Positions 14,401 through 24,600 of a DNA stretch of 64,000 nt are shown one piece after another. Made by a program: the position numbers and the translations under genes. This DNA comes from Eutreptiella sp. 'Long Island Sound 2002' (Eukaryota > Protista > Euglenida): assembly GCA_964036045.1 (NCBI GenBank), contig OZ038379.1, positions 2,170,001 through 2,234,000 of the forward strand. Reading direction: 5' to 3'. The stretch's first letter is position 1, and every line of letters begins with the position of its first letter. The notes under the pieces were generated by a model. The model made no database searches. It saw nothing but the letters and a program-made list of their open reading frames with translations, and was not told the origin of the DNA.

Positions 14401-17400
14401 ATCAGCAATTTGACTGATGCTGTTACGTGGGGCATTTTGCGGCGTGAGCAGGGGGTACCAGACGGAGGGCTGGGGAGGGCAGGTCCAATATTTTTCTTCG
14501 GTTTTGGGGGCCACAGCGTGGGCAGGGGGGCTCCAGAGGGGAAACAATTTTTTTTGGGTTTCGCAGGCATTTTTGAATTCCCGCTTTCATTCTGAGCATT
14601 TAAAATGTACACAAACCCGGGGGGGGGGGATCCCCTAAAACTATTCACCTCAAAGGGGGGAAATGGGGAGGCAAATTCTGTGCGCTGGTCCGCAGAGGCG
14701 CAGAAATTTCTTTGCGTCGCCAGCGCATAATCAGTAAATCCCCATTGTTCAGTTTTGGTGGGGGTTGGGTGCATCGATGGTTGATGTATTCAATGAAGCA
14801 GTGATAGTCCAAATACATACTTCCGAGTTCAACCACAAACAACGGCACAAGACATTTTTGAAGGCTCATTTGACCACATGACATTGACTTCATTGCGTCT
14901 ACAATTCATTTGTAGCTTGAGCGCAAGAATAAAATGTAGGGTCAATTTAGCACGTACATGCACCACTGAACCAAAACAACGTAATGGGGTTGCACCCACT
15001 TCAATTTTGCATTCTCCTCCTTGATGACCCACCATCTACTATGTATCTCAGGCGTTAGCCGCAGCCGAATTTGCCGACTAGCCGCAGGGGTGAAGAAAAA
15101 TGGGGAAAATGGAAACATGGTGAGGAAATGGGGGGAAATGGAGAAAAATGGGGGGAAATGGGAAAATGTGAGAAATTGCCAAAAAAACATGGTGGGAAAT
15201 GTAGAAACAATGTGTGAAATTCGTAGGAAATGGAAGGAAAATCAGGACAACTTTGGACAAATTTAACATTTTGCCCTGTCCCATTTCCCCCATTTTTCCA
15301 CAGCCTTGCCACCTTTCCCTCCCTCAAGTGCCTTTGATGAAATTTGTTAGCCGAACTAGCCGACTGGAAAAATGGAAAATTTCTGACTCGCCGATACTAG
15401 CCGATTTTCGGCTAACGCCGACGCTTGGTATCTGGTCACACATTGGTTGCAGTGCACGAAAAATGTTGTTTCTCTTTGTGGTTGAACTTGTTGTTTGTAT
15501 GCAATGAAGGACTCAGGTCTTTGTGCAGTTCATATCAATTGGGCTTACTCATGGTGGCGGGCGCAGTTTCGCCCATTGGGATCCATTAAATGCGCCTCTA
15601 GTGAAACCCAATCTGGACCAAACTCTTTGACCTGCAGGTCAAGACCCAAAATATCTTCAAATCTCCTCCTCAGCATATCAGCGTTGTGGGCCCCCACATA
15701 TATTCTGACCAAATTATCACCTTGTGAGACGGTGACATTTTTTAATGATGTTTTCCTCGCTGTGATGTCAACTCCTTGGTGCAGATTAGGCAAGCAACAT
15801 GGCAGCAAAACGGGTGGCTTGCGCCCATAACACCACTCTGTGAGCATGAAAATATAGTTCATGTGTTTTGTGAATACAAAGTGCATGTCATGTGACCCCA
15901 AGGTGAGACGGTGACATCTTGGGGAATGTACGTTTCTGGGGTGGGACAAATGGAGGGAGCGTGTTCTCAACTCCGGGGGTTGGGTTCTTGGTGTACTTCG
16001 TTCAATGTGCGCAGATTCATCGTTTCCTTTAGGTGCATCCCATCTGACCAAACCTTCCAATATCTCACTTCCACCAACAACCCCGTAACCAGGCCACTGA
16101 GGCCACAAAGGTTGAAAATTTGTGGGGGGGTAAAACCTACTTAAAGAGTGTGGATTGGGGGGGGGGGGGGTCTGACCCGACACGCAAGCCCCCTCCAACC
16201 CCGGTAGGCGGACATATTTTGGAGGAGGGCTTTTGACATCCATCATTGACATCGATGCGTCCGAGGCTAAAACTGGTCATGCAGCAAAGACGGGCTCCAC
16301 GAAGTAACCAAAAAACCCTCGCACATCTCAGCATACCCGTTGACGGGTCACCCAGGCCTTACGGTCCTCAACCTTGGCCTTGTCAAAGGCCAACAGGATT
16401 GCCTCCTTATCCTCTTCTCCTCGGTAATCAAAGACAATCCTGTGCCTGGCAAGCTGCTGGAAATACTCCTTGGCCTCCTGCGGTTTACTGGTCCCCAAAC
16501 CCTGTGAGAGGCGAACGGATGTGGAGAGAGAAAAACACACAACTCGCACCGGAGCTGTTGGCCCAGGTTCTTGAAACCGTTTCAGGTATGTGGCATGCGT
16601 GAGGACAGTGCAAGGCAGGCATCAGGAGAAGAATAGAATGAAATTCCAAGCCGCACCACCACACCTTATAATATTTCGCCTTCCAGTCTTTGTAATCACG
16701 AGTGTTGTCTTGCCAATTTCGGTACTCAGGAATGCTGTAGAAAGACTTCACCACGTCCTTCTTGGTAACCTGTATCGATCCGTCAGGGGACCAAGAAATT
16801 GACCTAATTTCAGCGCTGCAAATCCATGAAATGCCTGACTACCTCAAAAAACCAAAAAATCCGCTGCATGATACTTGTCGTGGGGGTCGGGGTCTGGAAT
16901 TGAAGTGGCATGATACTTGTTGTAGGGGTTGGGGTCCGGAACTGAAGTGAACACCTCCCGTGTGTCTGCCACCTCCGCAAACACACACGGGTCAGCTGAG
17001 GAATCAGACCGCCCTTGCTGGCTCATGGCTCTCTGCTCAGCACTCGGGCTCCAGGGTCCACTACCCCATCTCTGCCGCGGAAGTACCGACCGGCAGCCGG
17101 CTGAGCAACGCGGGGAACAAACATACACTAGAGGGGGAAGGATAACAACAGCATCTCGGAACACAACAGCTTGCCCAAGGTCTCCTCTAGAGGGCAACCG
17201 CATCCCAAATTCATGGCTATCCTCAGCTCTCACTTCGTGGACCAACAAGCCCTTGTCGGTCAAACAGAGGCTGTAAACGCCATTTGGATGTATGGTTTGC
17301 CACCATTGCATCACTAGAAGATGATGGCATGTCACCAGAGAGGAATCGCTTGACCTCACTTTCCGGCCACCAAAAAATCAAACGTCTGATGATATCGTAA

Positions 17401-20400
17401 CAGCAGCAACAAACCTTCACAATTGGAGTAATAAACTGCACCAAAAACCCTGGACAATGAATTAGCAGCTCCGGCCAGAAGTGGTGAATGAAATTGACCA
17501 GCAACCCTTTAATATGAGAACCATCGTAGTCTTGGTCGGCCATAATCATCACATGCCCGTAGCGCAATCTGAACACAGCGCAGAATGACTGGTGAGCGCA
17601 GGGGAGAATTCTGGCAGTCAGAGCACCACCAAAAACTCCATTTAATGACCACCACTGCTGCATACACATTCCAAGACACAGCAGGTCCATCTGACCGGTT
17701 CCGAAACAACCGACGCACGCCCAATCACTTGCAAAGGGAAGTGAAGTGCCATGAGCCGAAACGAACTTATCTATGTTGTTCCGGGCATGCATATTTGCCT
17801 TAAAAACACTGCAATGCACATCATACTTTGAAGTGTCCGTGTACTTCTCCCCGACTTGAAGACGTAAAATCTGAACAGTAGGAGAACACTTACACTCTCC
17901 AGGCGATGACACCTCTATTTTGAAATTGTGAGGTGTGGGGCATGTGGGGGGTTTTGACCCATCTCTGACCTGTTTTTGGTCCCGAAATGGCCCATTTTCA
18001 AGGCTTCCGGCATCCCCGCGGGGGTTCGGGCGCACGGGCGCGCAAGGGCAGCTGACCGACCCGCATCACTACAAACCAACCGCGCCACAAGGATTGGCAC
18101 TGCCAATATTGGACACGGCACAACAAACACAGACCTTCATAATGTTCTGGATCTCTTGATTCTTCAAGATTGTGCTCCCGGCGGCTTCTCGCACGTTCAA
18201 CAATTTACCTCGCAACGGGAATACCCCCCAGAAGTCGCGGCCCACCACCGAGAACCCGGAAATGGCCAGTGTCTGAAGCGTGAGACAGAACGTCGCAGCA
18301 AAAGGCACCAGATATTTGCCAAAAAAAATGAGCCTACTTGGACACGTCCGTTGGCGCCAGACGACGCACCAGCATACACAACCTTGGCTGAATCTCCCTC
18401 AGTGAGGACTAGAGTGCAATCTTTTGAACGTGAGCCCCCCGCCTCGTTCGCCTCCTCCAACTTTGCGATACCCGTAACGCGGTTGCTTCGGCGACCTCCC
18501 GCCTTCCTGTGAAACACAGAAGGGAACAACCAAACGTCCTCGTCGCGTGAACACCCGGGGCTTCCTTCTTTCAGGGGTCGGGCATACCGATTCAGTGCGC
18601 TCTCTGTCTTGGAATTGTGCGCATCCTGGATCTTCATCAACAAATCCCCTACAAAGTGTGTTCAGGTGCGCGTCAACGGGCCCTGGTCACTATGCAACCT
18701 ACCTTGCCCACCTTGCCTACCTTGCCCACAACCGGATGCACTGTTGAACGCAGCCTCAGGCGGTACCATTCAGTACAAAAGCAGTATCACGTTCAGTTGC
18801 CACGGTTGGGCAGTCACCTTTGCAGATAGCATCGATCATCTTGTCACTGATCTTGCACTCGGAGCCAAACTTGGTTTTCACAAGGGTCATATTCTCCTTC
18901 GTTTGGGAATCGAATTGAGGATTTACTGCAGGAGTGGCGTGCATTATGATGGAGTGTCCTCTGCAGCGCTTGGTGCAACGCTTTCCGTCAGCGAGCACTT
19001 TTGCCAGTGAGGGCACGTAGCGCAGATTTTTGCGGGAGCAATTGTGCAGTGTAGGACATACCAATCAGACAATTGACGAAAACCCACAAATGATTTCTGA
19101 TGATGTGGGGCTTTGCATCGATTTTCTGCAGCCAAAAGGGGAGGAGAGTTGGCAGCGCCTCACCGCTGTGTCGCCAAGCATCTGTGCATTTGTTGTGCAC
19201 AGCGCACAACTTGTGCAGTGGATCTTGCACAACTTGAAATCCACGCAACTACTCCCAGACTACGACAAGAAACCAATGATCGAAAACTACACAAAAAAGA
19301 TCAAAACGCATCGAAGGGCGCACAGGTTTGCCCCCCCCGCTGCAATACCTTCCTCTTCAATTTTTCACCGATCTTGTCAGTTATCTGGTCGACGATGTAC
19401 TGCACGTGCTTTCCGCCCTTGAACGTCCAAATGCTGTTGACGAAGCTGCAGTGCTGAAACTGCGAAGGAAAAGTCGTGCATGCCGGCGGTGCAGAGACCC
19501 AGGCTTTGAATGCGCCGCCGAAGTGAACTGTTATGTCACACGTGCGCAAATGTCACGACCATACGGAGTCGGGTCAACAGAGGCCCAAGCCGACCAAACG
19601 GAAGCGCATACTCCGTAGTTGCTGGTAGTGACACAGACAGTCCAAGGCCCCACGGTTTCGAACTGTTGATTTTTTATTGCCTCTCCCACGGGGTACAGAT
19701 TCACGTAGTCTTTGAAATCGTTGATCGGCAGCAGGGTCCCATTCAGCTTGATCTGGAAGTATGCACAAGCGGTGGCAAGACGTGCAAATAACCACCTGAG
19801 TTCAAGTTCAAGTTCAGAGAGCCAGGCTTTCATGTTCCCAAACACGAAGTGCGCAATTTTTGAGACCCAGCACCTATCGCGAAACCGACCTTCAAAGTCT
19901 TGTCGTTGCAGCCGGCAACGTCCCAAACACGTTTCTTCATCAACGCAACGATGTCATTCTCCAGTTCTGTCATGCCGAACTTTGAGAGGTCAGGCTGTGG
20001 AACAAGAGAAAGCAGTGGCGAAGGAGAAGGATTAAAGAGCGAGAATGTCGAAGTGGCCTCAGGAAACAAGGATGCATACCTTGAAAGTCACTTGAGTGAA
20101 ATCACTACTTTTACCCTCCTGAATAGCTGCCGGCGAGCTGCTCTGCATGCTATTCGTCCAGGTTTTTTTGAAGAATCTGCCACTTTTGCTGTCGTACGTC
20201 TTGACGGTGAACTCTAGAGAGAGAGAAGTGTGTGAGAGAAAGAAAGGGGGTTGTTGTGCCATGCATGGCAGTACCACAGCCAAGGAGTACCGGCAGTACC
20301 TGTGGAGAAAATGTTCGTCAGCTTCGCTCCAAAACCATTCCTCCCACCGGTCGTCTTTTTCTCGTTGTCATCATAGTTGGAGCTGGTGAGAAGGTGCCCA

Positions 20401-20970
20401 AAAACAAGCTCTGGCACGTACATCTTATGCTCCTGGTGAACTTCAACTGGGATGCCGGTGCCGTTGTTCCAAACGGAAATTGTTCCTTCCTCCTGGTTGA
20501 TGTCAACCTGCCAGTAAGACATGTTAGTTTCGACAGCAGGGGGCAGACGTCAGGGCCCTTCAGAAGAAGTTGGTTGTTACACGTTTCAAAGCGGCAAACG
20601 AAATAATACCTTGATAAGATTCATGCTTGAGTCCCTCTGCTTGTTATCTGCGGCGTTGACGAGGATTTCGTCGAATATCTTGTACAGCCCGGGAACATAA
20701 GTAATGGTCCTGAGCTCCATCTTGCTGGTTTCCTCGTTCAAAAGCCACAGTTTGGTTGTATCCCGCTCAACAGACCTGCAAAGTTTTTGGTATGGACAGA
20801 GGGACTCAAGCTACAACAAGCAAGGGTGATGCAGCAACGACTACATACCCAATATACATGTCAGGTCGTGCAAGTACATGTTCTAGTTGGGTCTTCTTCT
20901 GATATGTTTGTTCAATCGACTTCGTCATGGCTGGTTGCGCTGTCTGATTGGTTACATCAAACAAGGGCAT
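5413..20970 (-). CDS. TOP2: DNA topoisomerase II (type IIA), multi-exon; 3' end uncertain
   Basis: Phase-consistent GT-AG exons (minus strand): 20849-20970, 20610-20775, 20300-20507, 20080-20213, 19890-19994, 19612-19752, 19349-19459, 19062-19125, 18818-18925, 18588-18648, 18383-18506, 18135-18272, 17827-17870, 17415-17568, 16665-16769, 16337-16501, 13690-13797, 13167-13247, 11981-12136, 10373-10506, 9928-10216, 9642-9771, 9290-9385, 8994-9106, 8349-8444, 7781-7862, 7096-7289, 5710-5862. Hallmark motifs: [112 protein letters not shown] (catalytic Tyr), ITELP. The start could be ATG 20970 or 20928. The C-terminal exon(s) below 5710 are unresolved (5413 is the stop of the ORF containing the last clear exon). 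Confidence 0.96.
6400..6630 (+). repeat. Dispersed repeat family C, copy 3 (inside a TOP2 intron)
   Basis: Shared blocks with 3590-3790 and 4470-4670. Confidence 0.8.
6850..6985 (+). repeat. Dispersed repeat family D, copy 2 (inside a TOP2 intron)
   Basis: Shared block with 4945-5090. Confidence 0.7.
11057..11319 (+). repeat. Near-perfect tandem duplication, ~134-bp period, in a TOP2 intron
   Basis: TGTTGTATGCTGGGTGGTATGG...GGAGCAGGGACGCATGGG at 11057 and 11191. Confidence 0.95.
14510..14640 (-). repeat. Dispersed repeat family E (SINE/MITE-like), copy 1
   Basis: Reverse complement AAATGCTCAGAATGAAAGCGGGAATTCAAAAATGCCTGCGAAACC...CCCCCTGCCCACGCTG matches ~60280-60400. Confidence 0.8.
15049..15427. 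mobile_element. MITE-like insertion with terminal inverted repeats
   Basis: GGCGTTAGCCG (15051-15061) and CGGCTAACGCC (15409-15419) form a perfect 11-bp inverted pair. GTATCT flanks both sides. The interior is GGGGAAAATGG-like low complexity. Confidence 0.75.
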
Positions 20971-21607
20971 AATTCTTCGTTTCTTTGCCCACCGTTGCGC
21001 TTCCGTTACTCTGGCCGGAAATCCGCGTGCCGCGTTCCGCCGGGCGACAAAGTTCAATTCGGTGAGTCGTGGTACGTAATCTCAGCTCTCAGACTCTCAA
21101 GCCGCACACCTGTTATCTGCTCACGTCCCTCCAAATCTAGGAATATTTGCTATCGTCTCACCTACAGCAAACAGAAAGCCTGTGACATTCCCTCCCTTAC
21201 CGTGTTGGTATAAGTCACTCCACCGCCCGTGGAGAAACCGGCCGTAGTTAAGGGGTTTCAAGCCACTCATTGCAACACATTCGGTGACGCGTGTTGCAAA
21301 CATATGAGATGCGCATTGCATCCATGAGCTCGCTTTCCGTAAGGAGGGTCTTATGTTACGGGAATTGATGGGATTTACACGCACGGGGTTCCGAAGAATG
21401 AGGTTTTCGAGTCTTGAACCTTGGCGAGGGGCTTGTGTCCTCTTCGTGGCGCCTTTCGCTTTTTCCTTTTGTCTCCTCTTTCAAGTGTGGGTTCATGAAG
21501 AGGTGAATTTCGTTCCAATTTTCACCAAGGAATTAGTTATCCTTTGGGCCTCTTTTCATTTAGGTTTCAAAATGGCAACGTAGGGCCGAAGCCATGGTCG
21601 TGGGCGA

Positions 21608-24600
21608 ATGATGAACCCCGCCTTGGAGGCAGCACCATGGAGGAGCATTCCACGCCAAGAACATTCGTTGGGGGGCGAATGGTTCATGAAGTGCCACTTC
21701 ACATTGTCATCCTATGCCTTTTTGGTGGCTGACTCACAATTGAAGAACTTTTGGAGGTGTCGTGCAATTTGGCAAACATTCGGATGCAAAGGGGCGTAGA
21801 GAGCCAACACAACACGAGGCACTTCCTTCTTCGGTTTTCCCACTCACGTTGAACGCAAGCCGACTTGTCCCCTTCCGTGTGCTACCCTAACGGTCCTCGG
21901 TTCCCACCGAGTTGTTTGCTCCACTTTTTTTGGATGCGCGGAAAATAGATGATCGAGATGAGGTTGGATGGTCGTCTTCTCCAAGGTAACCAAAGGCACG
22001 GTTCTTGAAGGGCTTCTTTGTGGCTTCTATGTGAGGGATATCGGGATCCCTCGAGGTCAAGTAGTCACCAAACCGTCTTGGGTAGTCGCTGACCCGTCGC
22101 TGCGCCAACGGAGGCTCACGTTGCCACCGTGCTTGTACTAGCGTGCAAATAGCCGAAAAAAAGCATGTGCAAGCAAAACATAGCCCAAGTGGCCTTTGAA
22201 GGTTTAACCCCAAACATACGCATTCATTGCTTTGTGTTTATGGCTCACACGATTATCAAATGTTAACCATTAAGTTGAATCATGTCATCATATCTCAACA
22301 TACTGCACAAAATGTCCTATTGATTGTGGGTACGACGAAATCAGGTGCCCCACTCCAAAAAAAACCAACGAGTAGAAGCCCCAGTTTGTTGGCAAACCCA
22401 CCACATTCGAGTGGAGTCATGACTTGTCGACCGATAAATACCAAGTCATCTTTGCCCCGAACGGCACGAACACTTGACTGAGTACAAAAATAATTGCTTC
22501 CAAAGGGTACCACCTTGTTTTATGGACAATACATTTGAAAAGGAACGAGAGTGACAAAGATGCCATTGAGCAGCTCATGAAAAAGGATCAATTGTGCCCA
22601 CAATTGGACAACGTGGAGACCGTTTGCCTTCTGTTGAAGAAGGATTTCGAAATGCAGGTAAGTCTTCGTCCCGTGCTTCCGCCAAGCTTTACGGTAGCTT
22701 ATGCCCTCCCAAATGCTAGATGCTGCCCCACTCACCATTCCATCTTTCGAGCGTTTTCATCCCGAGAACTTAAGTGTCAATTGTTTGCGCTTAGCTTTGA
22801 TTTGAAGAAAGTGGATTTCTTTCCGTGTTTTTCTTTCCTTGTTGTGCCCGTGCCGAGAGGGAAACCAAGCACCAGTTGATGCATTGGGAACTCGTTTTTT
22901 TGGAAAAGTTGATTGATGATAAAATGGATAAAGAGTCCTTTGGAGGAGCACGAGCCTATCTTAGGGGTTGGAGCGGCCTCAAGGACGGCAATGGCATGCG
23001 ATCCACGCGCAGGCAACCCGGAAGTCCCCAAATGATCCGAACATTTCGGAAGAAAGAAGATCATCTTGCGGTTTTACGATGGTCCCCGACTTTTGACGGC
23101 TTGTCGTGGACGGGAATTTCGGATGCTTGGAACACCAAACCACTCCCGTCCCACGTTCACTTGGAGATGACGGAATTGAATTGCTACGGATGACCGATAC
23201 ATATAAATAGACCGTGTACCGTGTACCGTGTGCCGTGAAAGCGGGGCTCATGGCGGAGGTTGCATCTAAGTTTCTGCTTATTTGCATCCCCGTTGAACAT
23301 TGGCGATTGCAGATGAACTCGATGCAATTGCGTGCTTATTAGATACCGCACAACCGCCTCCCATGTCAAATGGGGTACTTATACAAATCTTTGGCAAGGA
23401 CTATTGAACTGGGTTGTTGTGCGCCAGCTGGTGACCTTTGCACCCCCAAAGTGAGATCATCGAAGGAGCAAGTGACGCAATCATATGGCTTCAAAGCCAA
23501 TCGCGTTGACCCTTCGACTAAGAGGTGCATGGTCAATCTTGCCTCTTTTCGCCATGGCGACGGCAAGGTATTGTCGGTTGGTGAAGATGTTCATGTGTTA
23601 CATCATCTTTCAATTTTGTGCATAGGCATTCCACCTGGTCTTATGCCCCCTAAACGATGTGATGATGTTCCCCTTCGGACGGTGGCGGGGCATTTAGAAT
23701 GCCTCGAATGCCACGCCATGGAGTGGCACGCCTCTTGTGCTTGGTGCACACCTCAATTCCATTTGTTATGCCCTGTGCTTTGTGTGTGCAGGGTGATCAA
23801 AAATCGGATATTGGTGTTGAGCTTCAAGTGGAGGAGGCCTCTGGAAACGCTTGGCAAACTGAGGTTGCTCCAATTTGCAATATATGTCTTTCGTCAAATA
23901 ATCAGAAAGTTGTTGAAGCTGGTTTGTGTTTACATGCTAAACCCCACATACTCCCGTGAACCGGATTGTTTTTTTTATAAACAAGTCCTATGTCCAACCG
24001 AAGGAGTGCTCACGAGGTTAGCCCATCATACAAAAGATGCCCACATCCTAGGTTAGCGGTTAATGGGTCGGCTAGCGGCTGATGGGCGTGATGAGGGATG
24101 TGAACCAGATTCTTGTATCTTAAATTTGTCCATGTTGAGACGTGAGAATTTTGGAATTTCGTGTGGGCGCAATCTCCAGCCCACTACTGGTCGCTTGCAT
24201 GGATGGGGCTGTTGCGATCCTTCATGCCTCCTCTACAGAGGCCCCGAAGTGGTCGGAAATTGTTCTTGTCGCTGAAAAGCCGGCTGCAATTGGATTCATC
24301 GATGGTCATTCCTTTTTGTTGGAAGGTTGCGGCTTGCCCCACATGATACATGTCCATGTTGCTCCGAGCATGTGTGTCGTGCCCAGCTCCCAGGGAGAAT
24401 ATAGCAAGCACTACCTCTTTTAAATTACGTCTTAATTAATTAAATTACGTCTTTGTCTCTTTATCTCCTTCGCTCGCTTGCACTGCCTCTCTCTAGCTCT
24501 CTCTCTTTCTCTCTTGCGTGTGCGCTCCCTGTCGCCCTCCCTCCCTCTCTATCTCTCCCTGTTTGTCTTTTATTTTTTTTTGGGCATGGCGGTTTCCCGC

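Noticed and set aside
13798-16336. Intein or group I/II intron in TOP2
   Set aside because: No Cys/Ser start, His-Asn end or LAGLIDADG/RT motif. The boundaries are spliceosomal GT-AG.
23370-24056. 228-aa ORF as an independent gene
   Set aside because: No recognisable family. It overlaps the XLF exon 23792-23863 in another frame and is otherwise intronic.
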